Shown here piece after piece: positions 47,344-58,936 of a DNA stretch of 63,313 nucleotides (the stretch's first letter is position 1; each line of letters opens with the position of its first letter). This stretch comes from Trypethelium eluteriae. Lineage: Eukaryota. The notes below the pieces were generated by a model that was not told the origin of the DNA, made no database searches, and saw nothing but the letters and a program-made list of their open reading frames with translations. Made by a program: the position numbers and the translations under genes. The stretch covers positions 1 through 63,313 of the forward strand of contig JAVECL010000068.1 of the NCBI GenBank assembly GCA_051942245.1, given 5' to 3'.

Positions 47344-48073
47344 ATGTCTGGTCTCATCAACAAAGTCAAAGACAAGATTGGCAACCACGGCAACAGTGGC
47401 GGCAACGACTCGAACTATGACAACAACCAGCGCGATAGTGGCTATGACAACCAGGCTTCCGGTCTCGGAGGCTCTGGTGGCTACGATAGCCAGTCGTCTA
47501 GAGATGTAGGAGGCAGGACAGGCGGAGGCTCCGGAGGTTACGACAATCAATCATCGGGAGGCGTGGGGGGCGGGTTCGGCGGCTCTGGAGGCTATGATGA
47601 CCAGACAGGCGGAGGTTCTGGCGGGTTTGGAGGTGGGGTCGGCGGAGGTGCTGGAGGCTACGACAATCAGTCTGGCGGAGCTTCTGGCGGATACGGAGGC
47701 GGAGTGAGCGGAGGCGCTGGAGGCTACGACAACCAGTCTGGCGGCCGCGGCGCTGGAGGATATGATAGTCAGTCTGGCAGCGGTGGTCTGGGAGGTGGAC
47801 CTGGTGGCTACGGGAACCAATCGTCCGGCGGCGGGATTGGGGGTGGCTCTGGTGGGTTTGGCTCTCAGCAGGGCAGTGGTGGCCAGCAAGGTGGCAGCTT
47901 TATTGACCGAGGTGAGAAAATTTTCTGGAATGCTTACATCTTTGATATCTCCAGATTTGCGAACAGATTGCTGACGTTCTAAACTTGCAGAAGTTGATCA
48001 GTATGCGACGAAAGAGGGTGTGCCTCAATCCTTTGACGGTGAGATCAACAAAGAGGTCAACAAGTTCGTCTAG
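47344..48073 (+). CDS. Glycine-rich repeat protein (GGYD[N/S/D]Q repeats), 216 aa
   Basis: Exon 1 47344..47911 and intron 47912..47990. Exon 2 encodes EVDQYATKEGVPQSFDGEINKEVNKFV*. Confidence 0.8.
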
Positions 48074-48831
48074 ACGAGCTACGAGAAAACTTGGGAGCAT
48101 TATGCCTACTTGGGCAGTATGCTTACATCGGTATAGTATTGGTGGGATTCTCTACCACTATTACATAGCCTTTATGAGACAATCAGTCTTCAATTGACGC
48201 TTGTCGTGGACCTTTAACTAATGATTCTAAAAAAATGTATACTCTCTAATTCATTGGTAATCCAGGGCCTCAAGTTGTGTACATTTCTTCAATACGAGAG
48301 TATCTGGTATCCAGATTTGCGCCCTTTCAAAGTCAATTTTGTCCAATAGAGGTCTCTGGACTGTCATGGGCCTACATTTGTCAAGGCTTTAAAACATGCC
48401 GATTATGGGTCATGTTGTCAAAGCTGTTAGTTCTGTCATTAATCTTCAAACTGAGGTTTACGTTGCTCATACGCCAAGGGTCAACTCCACAATTCGTGGG
48501 TCCTTTAGTATATATTCTAAGATTTGTCGCCTCTTGACCAGACATGACAGGATTGATACATTGGAAAGGAAGTGCGGACTCAAAGTTACTCATTCGGTCA
48601 ATCTTTGTCTTTCCTCTCTAAGAGGGAGAGGACCCGATGGTCCAGGCGGACGCTTGAAACTTGTTCTCTAAGGTGTACGATACCAGTGTACTCTAAACTC
48701 AACTTTAAAACAATCCAATCAGTAGTGGAAATCGCCAAAATTACCAGCCAGCGAGCTGATTTGCTCTCTCACTCCAATACCTACCCCCCTTTCTCTAGCG
48801 TTCGACTCTATATATTCCCGTCATCGCCATA

Positions 48832-49781
48832 ATGGAGGCCCTGAGCTCCATCCTCCGGCCCGTTGTCCAGCCTATTACCCACAATCTTCCCGACGCACTT
48901 CGCGACCCGCTTATCTCTCTCCTTGGTCCCAAGTGTTATCACATTCTGCTCCACGATGTCGACCTCGCTGACTCCGACTGTCTCAGACTGGGCATATCCA
49001 AAGCTTTAGGGCTGGGCATTATCGGCGCCTCCGCGGTCGTTAAGATTCCACAGCTCCTCAAGATCCTGAATGCTCAGAGCGGCGAAGGCATCTCCTTCCT
49101 CAGCTATCTCCTCGAGACACTAGCATATACAATTACATTGGCATACAACGCGCGCCAAGGGTTCCCTTTTAGTACATATGGCGAGACGGCTCTAATTGCT
49201 TTGCAGAACGTGGCGATCAGTCTATTGGTGTTGCATTATGCCGGAAGGGATGCCGCCGCCGCAGTGTTTGTTGCAGGTCTGGGGGCTGGAGTGTATGCGT
49301 TGATGACCGAGAGCACAGTGGACATGAGCCTTTTGAGCTACTTACAGGCGGGAGCGGGAGTATTAGGGGTGGCTAGTAAATTGCCGCAGGTTTGGACGAT
49401 ATGGCAAGAGGGCGGCACTGGCCAATTGAGCGCATTTGCAGTAAGTCTGTCCGAAATATCTGCAGCTTTGAGATTTCAGGATGCTGATGGAAAATGTCCT
49501 CACAGGTCTTCAACTATCTCTTCGGTTCACTATCGAGAATCTTCACTACACTGCAGGAGGTGGATGACAGGCTCATTTTGTATGGATTTGTGGCAGGTTT
49601 CGCACTCAACGCAGTGCTAGCCGGTCAAATGCTCTATTATTGGAACAGTCCGAGCAGTAATAAATCATCAGGACCCAAACTGCAGGTCTCTGATAAGGAG
49701 GGAGGGATGAAGGTAACAAACTCGACAGGAAGCTCACCCAGCAAGGGAAGCAAGACGCCTAGTACTCGACGTAGAGGCTAA
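48832..49781 (+). CDS. MPDU1: Mannose-P-dolichol utilization defect 1 (PQ-loop) protein
   Basis: VVKIPQLLKI, FPFSTYGE, SKLPQV...TGQLSAFAVFNYLFGSLSRIFTTLQEVDD. Intron 49441..49505. Confidence 0.92.
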
Positions 49782-49930
49782 GCATTGACGCCGTCTTCCA
49801 CGTTTAGCATCATCTTGTTGACGTTCATTTAACGGAAAAGAAAAGTTCGATATTTTCAATCTTGAATTGATATCCGAAGTCATGCTAAGGGGTATTCCGG
49901 AGAGCAAATCCACCATCTACAAATCCCAGA

Positions 49931-50762
49931 TCACCGCCGTTGTACCTGCGAGATGGCAACATTAGCTACAGTGAGCTTTCCTGTGCTCATATATCTGAAA
50001 ATCGTATCCATTGGTAGCACAGGCCTGGGTGGCTCAACGGCCTTCTCCTCCGTCTTCGGGTTCTTCTCCACCCCGACCATTTTTCCACCCTCATCATCTT
50101 CATCCTCACTATCACTTTCCCACAGTTTTCGCTTGATTCCAGTGGCGATATGCTCCACTCCACGCTCTTGCTCCTCAAAGGTGAAGTCGTTCAACGTCTC
50201 CTCGTCCAGCATTTTTCGCGCCATTTCATTCTCTGTTGGACCGGCCCAAGACCACAGTTCTTTAAGTTCAGTAGATGCCAATATCGCCTTTCTGCCTTTT
50301 CTTGCTTGCCCTTCCCCATCTTCCATTGCCTCGTCTTCTTCAGCATCCTCATCCTCGTGCCCAATCCTCGAGCCTTCCTTCTGCCCTTCCGCAATCCAAT
50401 CTTCGGCGCTTGGATCTAGCTTCTTTCTCAATAGCATGTGAAGCATTGCTTCTTGCGTTTGAGCAGGAAAGTGGGGGTTCGGATAGACTTGCGCAGAGGA
50501 AAGGAAAGCCGAGTTATTGGCTATAACGTCTTGAATGGATTTCAGACTCTGGGACAAAAGTACGAAAGAACTTTGAAGAGATGCCCTATATTATGTTAGA
50601 ATCCGCACTCGCATTGCTAGGAGAATTGTAGTTCGTGTACCATGACGGCAACGGGTCGGTGGTCTCAAGGTTGACTTTGAGGGTTTGGATAGCAGTACTA
50701 ATGCGCACAAGTTGCATGCGTGCCCCGTCGAGGATTTTCTCTTCGGGAGTCAAAGGCGCCAT
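49931..50762 (-). CDS. MED8: Mediator subunit 8
   Basis: Exon 1 MAPLTPEEKILDGARMQL...DPLPSW spliced (intron ~50640..50587) to ASLQ...VYPNPHFP...LLRKKLDPSAEDW. C-terminal LPMDTIFRYMSTG. Confidence 0.85.
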
Positions 50763-52017
50763 GACGATGATGCCAGGTGTGAATTGGCGGGCTGCCTCTT
50801 AGCAACCAGACGTGAAGGCAGTACGGGCTTGGCTTGGATCTCTTATGGTTGGACGGTCTCGTAATTTTGCCGTGACTTCCTACCAGTCAGCGGGGTATGC
50901 GTGGCATGCAAGGCACAACATTTTTGCTGGTAGGGCCTAGGGAAGAATTTGTCAAGGGATCCTGAGAACTCACAAAATTTTCCGTTCGCTCGATGCTGTG
51001 GGCCGCTGCGCGAACCAACCTTCATACTGATGCGAGAACCACGCGACAGTTATGTGATCCGTGCGCAAAGGCCTATTGAGGAGCACGAGGAGCTACAGGG
51101 GCCGACGTTGTAGAATTCAACATCACAAACCTTCTCCACGGACCAGCTCTATCACAGCGTATGACCAATGCACGGTCGCTCTTGCTAATAGGGTAGCTTG
51201 GATCATCCTAATCCGGACTGCGTATCGCATCTCGGTCTTGTAATTGCCTAACCTAGGTCGATATATCGGCCATACCCAGAAGGGTGGCGAAAGTAAGTCA
51301 CCTCAAATCCAGGAACGCTTCATGCATAGGGTACCTTAGGGAGTCCCGTCTCTATTGGCAATCAGGACAACCGCCTCCAGTCGCCTTCTTTCCTTACTGG
51401 GAAAGTTGTTCGCCCCGGCTGTGCCCCAAAGAAAGCATCTCAGATCAACTTTCAACCCCAGTGGCAGTGGATTGAATCTATGATTGATCGTCCAGGCAGG
51501 ACTTGGCTAGACTGATGCCAGTTGAACACTCTTCTAAGCATGCATTACTTCTCACTGCAGTGTCACCGAAGGTTTCAACAGTGAGATTCTGGCTCGTGCT
51601 TGGTGGGTCTGCTGCCTACCCAGCCGCCTATTGATAAAACTACCCGCCTCTGCTTCCCTGTTCACGATCTAGCTTGCTATTGTTCTTTTCTGATCCACAT
51701 AAATACCAGTCCATTCGCATCAATGCTCAACCTTTATCCTCAAGTCTTAAATATTTTGCTGTTACCGTTAACATTTTACATCTGCCTCTACTATCATCAT
51801 CCTTCAACTATCCAAACGATTGACCGGCTTTCCGACAGTATCCTAACCTTTTTACGTCCGTCGATACCCCTCAAATCTCGACGGGTAAGCAGAGTCTTCA
51901 GCCTAGTCTACCTTTGCTCCAATTTTGGTATTCTTGCAGAACCTCGAACGCCAAACCTGACTCGACCTTGATCTTTTGAAGCTTTTCAATCCGCGAGGAC
52001 AACAGATCGCCATCACC

Positions 52018-53461
52018 ATGGCATCTTCGGGAAATGATTTGGAATACCTCACCGAGGCTGAAGAGCGATTGCATTTCGTCAAATACCAAAGTCGCCTCCG
52101 AGAAGAATGCCCACCGGTCCACGAGGGGCCCCTTATTACTTTTCATCGGACGTGGAACACCAAGGCTGAGCACACCTGGTCCAGTCTTCCCCCCTCGCCG
52201 CCTGACTATTTCATAAGAGCCGTTGAACTAGAGATCAAGCGTTATTCTAGCAAGTGTTTTGAAAACTGCTTAAAGGGGATCAACGCAGACGAATGCTCCA
52301 AAATGCTGCCTGTGCAGCATGATATATACTCAGACATCAAGAACGTTGCGTTCAGTCTCTCAGGTACTACTAGAGAATTCGTGGTTCCCGCGGCTCGCAA
52401 GCGCGATCTCATCACCAATCTATTCCCTATTGTCGTTTATCTGAATGGGTCTTGGCGTCCTTTGGAATACTTTCTGGATACACTGCATCCTCCACCGGAG
52501 GTTCTGAAAGACAACAGACGACGAAAACTCCAGGGAGAGACTTTCTGGAGAGAGAATGGGAGGACGTTCCCGTTTCTCAATCTCCCGAGGGAATTACGCG
52601 ATATGATCTATATCCATGCCCTTGGTCCTTCCGTACAGCCACGTGAATATCAGCCATACAGATGGAAGAAGCAGCGGCGCGTTATCGTGGATGACTGTAT
52701 CAGAGTTGGGCCAAACATCGGACTACTGTGCTCTTGCCAACAAATTTGTAGAGAGGCGTTGTATATGCTCTCGCGATGGATCCCCTTCGACTTTTGCCAT
52801 TTGCACTTCGCCAATCAGTATTTTACCAAGAAGGCCATCTCTCGTCACCCGATTGAGCGTAAACTTCGGAAGAAAGGGATTGAATGTTTAGATCTTACAA
52901 AGATCAGACACGTCCGGCTCGCATTTGGCCCTGACGAATTCCTCCAATTTTTTGGGGCACAGCTCAGCGGGGAGAAAAGATGGCGCCTTTCACGCGCAGC
53001 AGCCTCCTTGCAAAATCTCGAGTTGGATACTCTGGAGCTTGAGATACAGCATCCATATCTCATGGAGCGTTGCGACTGGCTCAAACGTGGGTGTCACGAA
53101 ACTGTGGTATCCTGGATCCTTGACGCAGCGTTTCCTTACATTAAGCACCTTCCTGTCAAACTTACAGGCTGCGTAAAGGATTCGGTTCGGGAAGAATTCA
53201 ACGCCCGACTACAGACCGCTCCACAACTCGAAGATACTTACTTCGCTGGCGACGAAGATGACACTATTATCGATGAGATTCCCCTACGTGGAGGAGGGAA
53301 GAAGTACATTCAAAGGCCAATCCTACCAGTGACCGAATTGCAAGTTCCACAAGATAGCTTTTTGCTCGACTTTGCTAACACTTGACAGACCGCCAGATTG
53401 TCGCGGCTGCAACCCCTCCTGCAGTTGGTACACTATTTGCAGGTACGACCACCGGGGATGA
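52018..53461 (+). CDS. Hypothetical protein with a fungal F-box-like motif
   Basis: FPFLNLPRELRDMIYIHAL and LLCSCQQICREA motifs. Probable GC-AG intron 53340..53388 giving a Cys-rich end; without it the ORF stops at 53385. Confidence 0.7.
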
Positions 53462-54222
53462 GAGGGGAAGTCTGGTTTCATGATGTGGGATGCGGCATAG
53501 CAAGGTCCCCAAAAACAAGCGATCCACGATTCCGATGGTCTGCGTCAGTAATGAAGGTTTATTGTTCTCTCGGCGATTCGCTTCGCAGGTCTCCTGACAT
53601 CCACGATAGCATTTGATCTGGTGCTTTGATACTTCTAATTTTCATTTTCTGTTCGAAGGTGCTTCATCATGATAGGTATACACTATACACTCGATGGATG
53701 AGAGCCACTGGCAAATACATTATGCATTTTCAAGGACTCGATGATCACTATAATCGAATGCATCTCCATATTCAATCTGGCAAGAGCCTTTCGAGGTGAT
53801 AGAAGTGACGCTTTCGAGTCTCCCCTTCCTCCTAAAATTCCTTGAATTGTACAAAGCCTTGCAAGGGGTGGGTTAGTGTCAGCAAGCTTTGGGTGAACCC
53901 TTTCCAAGCGTGCATTCAGACGACCAATGATGTCGCTCAAGGAGGGCATTAGCGTGGATAACTTTAGCTTCATCTCTCCCCTCCTTCTAGTCTAGTCACA
54001 AATACGCCGTCTCAGCTGTGAGGAGGCCCTCGATAGTGTTCATTATAGCCCCAACCTTTCGTCTGATATTGCAATAAATTCCGGAAGCGAGGCTGGAGTT
54101 TCTAGTCATGATTGAAGCGGATCCCCCGGGCAATAGGAAGGCGCGTTACCTCCGCGACCTTCACTCTTAGCGGTCAGCATCCGCTCATTTTCCCTTCTGA
54201 AGAACGACGCCATTTTTCTCTG

Positions 54223-57200
54223 ATGGCTCCAGCCAGAGCGCAGCCCCAAGCTCTTGCGCGATGGCGACCAGCTATCCTTGTTGCTATTGGAGTGGCAACC
54301 GCCTACTGTACATACCTGGTCTACACGAACATCCCCTCTAATCAGCCAGATCCTCAAAAACCGACACTGCAACGTAGAGGAGCTGTTCATCGCCGGCGTC
54401 ACGATGATAGGACTCCTGCAGGGTGAGTCCCTTATTATTGCCCTGGCATGAACGTTACTGATCGCAGAAGTACTCACGCCGAAAATGGACACCCAAGAAC
54501 ACCACAGAGGCGCCGCATTGCTTCCGAGCAGATGGATGGTTTTATTGAGATTAACGCATTACATCTTCCGAACTTCCCGAGTCTCTATAGAGAATTCGAA
54601 TGGAATTCTCCAGACCTGGCAGACTTCCGCAGTCACGTAGCGTATAGATCCCTGCTATCTTTGTTTCGAGCTACATACATACCCTCCGTTAATAATCTCT
54701 CGAGTCCCTTCCAAGATGCTCTTATAGGTGAGCTCATAGTTCATGGTATCAGTACTTCCGAAGTCATCCAAGCCATGATACGCGCTGGTGCAAGCGAGAC
54801 TGTCAGCACAAACATTGTGGAGCATGCTGCCCATTTTGTGGCTCATCGCCTCCAACGCCTCGCAGTTGCTGCTAGCCAACAGCGAGATCCTACCATACCT
54901 CAAGATCCACCGCCACAGGGAAGGGTGAGTGGTGAGGATATCAAGAGTGTTCTATACTACATTGCGGAGGAGCAGTCCAGGCAAAAAGCCTATATTCACC
55001 ATGGCATCCGATGCGATATATGTGGGGAGATGCCTATTCGTGGTGTGCGCTGGCATTGTTCAAACTGCACAGACTATGACCTTTGTTCGAATTGCGAGGC
55101 TCGAAATCGAAGCCGGCACTTCAAGACTCACGTCTTCCACAAAATCACCATTCCCGCGCTTCATCTCAGCAAATCTTGGAAGGTGGAGCCGGTCTGGTAC
55201 CCAGGCAACCCTTTCCTCACGCGGGGAACGTTAGACAAGGACCTCGTGAAGCAATTATCAAATGACTGTTCCTACGAACCTTTCGAAGTCGAAGCTATCT
55301 ACGATCAATTCACCTGTGTCGCGAATGTAGAATGGAGAGAAGATCCATTGAACGTTGGTGCCGCAATCGATCGGTCAGCCTTTGGTATGAGCATCATGCC
55401 ACACACGAGGCTGCGGCCCCCACCTCCCAATCTGATCTACGAGCGCTGTTTTGCCTTCTACGATACAGACAACAATGGGCTGATCGGCTTTGACGAGTTT
55501 ATACATGGTCTGGCCTACATACACAAACGAGCCTTCAGAGACCAACGATTGGGGAAAATCTTCGATGGCTATGACCTGGACTCCGACGGCTGTGTCTCCC
55601 GCAAGGATTTCTTACGCATGTTTCGGGCTTTATATGCCGTGCAAAAGGAACTCACCAATGACATGATTACTGTGCAAGAAGAACAGGCTGCGGATGAGCC
55701 TCGTTCGGATCTGATCAACTCCAATCAGCCACTCAGTTCCGCCTTTAGAGAGCGTTTCATCCCGGGTAGTCTTTTGCGACGTCCTGGGAAATCCACCAAT
55801 CACTTTGGTGATCTGCTTCCTGAACCGGGCTATAGCACTATCGTTGACGAGAGTGATAGAACAGGATTCATGAGGACCCAGGCAGATGGCAGTCAGGACT
55901 CGACCCGGTCTGGACCGGTGCATCGAAGCTTTTATGCGGACGAAGGGGACGTGATCATGGCTGGATCGAGCGAGACCGAAAATGAGGTTGGCCTAAACGA
56001 GGGTGATCAAAATGACGCTTCAGAAAATGCTGACCATACTGAACCTGGGTCAAATGGTGAAGAAGACCTAGCAGAAAGATCAAGATCGTCTTCTAGAGTT
56101 CGTTTCAAAGATGAGCCCGAGGATGATGCTCGATCGCAGACTTCAACATCGTCGCGACCAGTCGGAGAGCGATGGGGTGGATATGAAATACCTGAAGCTG
56201 AGGCCGATATTGGAAGGGATCCCACATACGCCATTGTCCAAGAAAGCCTCAACCTGGCACTTGATCCGCTATTCAAAGCAGCCGAGGAGCTTGCTCTAGA
56301 AATCAAGAAGACGGCTGCCGAACGTCGGAAGTGGAAAGATCTTCTCGATTTGGTGGAAAGAGAAAGTTGCGCCCTCGAGAAATACAACCGGATTCACAAC
56401 AACCGTGCTGTGAAGGCCTCCGACGCAGAGCATCAAACGGACGATTCAAAAAAGGAAAAGGGCAATACTAGAGGGGATAGCGTTCATCAAAGTGCCATGT
56501 TAGAAGCTCAACCAACCCCAGGCCAGCTTGACTGTTTAACAATCGACGATTATGTGCAAGGTACAAAAGTGCTCTCACACTCCAACACATTCATCCAATG
56601 GGCTTTACCTTATATCGAGATGACGAAGAGCCCACCCAGCATGGAAACCTGCTCTGTTATGTTTAAGGAGGTTGAAAGGGTACAGAGCGATGCGAATGCC
56701 CTTATCGGAAAGATCACCAACGCTTATCCAGACGCTCCGACAGCACACTCACTGTATCGGGACATCAAAGATATAGAGCAACAAGCCTTTGCAGCTCGGG
56801 ATTTGTTGGAGGCGAGTATTGGTGACACGGATGGTGGCATGGAAACGAGGGTCTCCAGGAACATACCCAAAGACGACCAAAACAGTAGTGACGGACATCA
56901 ATTCCATAGTGTTTCCCACACTTCTGACCAGTCTTCTCATGAATCAACCTTGGATCCAACCCTCCCGCAGTTCCGACCCAACTCATCCGCAGACGTCATG
57001 TCACTCGAATCGCAGAAATCTGCCACGTGGTCGTGGTCACCACCGCTTAAATCTAATACTGCAGGTGCCAGTACCGCTCGGCGTTCGGTCTACGAGCTTC
57101 TTCGACTTCCCACTCCTCCACCTTCACGTATGCACCTTCGCCACCTCGCAAAGCTCAACAAGGAAGAGCGCGAGCAGCGGCAGCGTGGCGTTACTGGAGG

Positions 57201-57297
57201 CAAGCTGGGGTTTGAGGAGTTTGAATCAGCTATGAATGGGTCAGCGGGGAAGCGCCTGGACTTTCTGGATGATTGGTTGACCCTCATAAGTTTCTAA
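54223..57297 (+). CDS. N-anchored ZZ-type zinc finger + EF-hand protein
   Basis: TM segment AILVAIGVATAYCTYLVY and intron 54423..54467. ZZ finger CDICGEMPIRGVRWHCSNCTDYDLCSNCE. EF-hands YDTDNNGLIGFDEF and YDLDSDGCVSRKDF. Confidence 0.87.
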
Positions 57298-57819
57298 TGT
57301 GAAGGGAGAATGCCTCAGGTGTACTGATACGGTGTTGCTGCAGGTTCAGATTTACGGCTGCAGGCGCAAGGCAAGGAACTCGGCTAGAGGAATAAGCAAT
57401 GATTAGGAGTGCTTCAATGGAGTGGACGGAAAGGATACCTGTGCGAGGGGGAGGCATTGTGAGTGATGGATTGCGTTTGGATTCCCTACATCATGGGATG
57501 GCCGGTATGCGCCTATTTGACATGGATTCGGAAAGCAATGGCGTTATGGAACCACAGGGTAGAGGCGGGCATGGACAGGCGGTTTGCTCTTAAGCTTATC
57601 GAGACAAAGCTCAATTGCGTTGGGTATGTTTGTGTATATTATTCGATGAAGGCCAGCAGGATATCCCCGAGTCCGGGACGCCATAACACCTTCGTCCAAA
57701 GCAAAGGCCTGTAGTCAAGGAAGCGCCATATTCCAAACAACACGACTCCAAACCTCCCCTGATGGATCATGTTTCATTCAACTGATTGATCACTTTCTTG
57801 TAATGGCAACCTCGCGCTC

Positions 57820-58254
57820 TCATCTCTTCCGTTCGAAGTAGCTGCTTGAACTCATGACGGCCACCCCTTGGTCCATAACTGCCTCGCCCAGCCACAGATA
57901 CCGATCAAGCCATTTTCGTACCTCAGTGTTCTCGGAGAGCGATTCTTGGCGAAGACTGGGACTGGATCGTTAGTCAGCTTCCATCGAAATCCAGATCTTG
58001 CATATGCTATCAAGGGCAGGAGAGACAGGAAGGACATACGTAAGACCAGTAGAGCGACGGACTCCTGCAAGGAAAGCAGAGACTTGATCCAAGTCAGTTT
58101 CAAGATAGAGACTAATAGTTCACAGTTGAGACAGCGTACGTAGAACAGCGTCAAAGGCAAAATGCGTAATTCGGCCGAGCTTTGGGAGAGATTAGCACGT
58201 GGAGAAGCGGAAGGGTAGAGTTGCCCAGAGGAGGCTCACAAGACGTACGACCAT
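57820..58254 (-). CDS. DUF1748-family small protein, 76 aa, 4 exons (absent from the ORF track)
   Basis: Exons 58254-58249, 58179-58140, 58082-58040 and 57961-57820 give MVLGRITHFAFDAVLLSAFLAGVRRSTGLTPSLRQESLSENTEVRKWLDRYLWLGEAVMDQGVAVMSSSSYFERKR*. All three introns are GT-AG with branch points. Confidence 0.85.
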
Positions 58255-58936
58255 GATTCTAGATTATGTCGGAAGAAAGAGCAGAGCTGAAATCGAACGC
58301 AGCTTTGTCTTGCAGAGGGGGTAGGTGGTTCCTCGGTTTGTTTAGGATCTGAACTTTTAGGTGACGATGCTGCCGCGGAGCACAAGAGTTGAATCTATCG
58401 GTTTCCCCGCGGATTAGCCGATGTTGGGACATGCCCGACACAATGGACACACTAAGTACCTTATGTAAACACCCCAAGCACCCTAAGCGTGACCAGATAT
58501 GTACGAGTACTGGTGGTACCTCTTGGTGTCTTACTAAATTAGTTATCTGCAGGGAGGTAAGTTCACTACGACTACGGCAGGGTCCAAGCTCCACCAAGCT
58601 TCCGTAATAATTGCTGAGCTGAAGCAGACTGACTGCTCGAATTAGTTGCCAATTCGGTTGGCTGCAGATTCATCTGACCTGCGATTTGGTTGGAGTCGTC
58701 GGCGCCCGTACCGCGCATATCCAGGCCCAGGCCCTGTTGCTCTGGTGGGGGTGCCTTGAGCTTACTGCCAACATTTGCCTTTTTTTTTTTTCTGTTCTTA
58801 ATTCCTTCCTTCACCTTCCTCACTCACCCCACTTCCGACCTCAACTTCTGCCCTACAGAGCGGGAGAAGAGCTCGATCTCGGACTCGCATCAGCACCTCA
58901 TCGTTACTGTTCAAGTACCATTGATTCCTCTTGACC

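Noticed and set aside
53683..53973. 96-aa ATG-initiated minus-strand ORF
   Set aside because: No motifs or compositional support; it may be spurious.
57715..57870. H/ACA snoRNA or snR30-like element (ATATTCCAA plus a hairpin)
   Set aside because: No m2 motif or well-placed ACA box. The nearby splice signals are explained by the DUF1748 coding gene, and this stretch is its 3' end and UTR.
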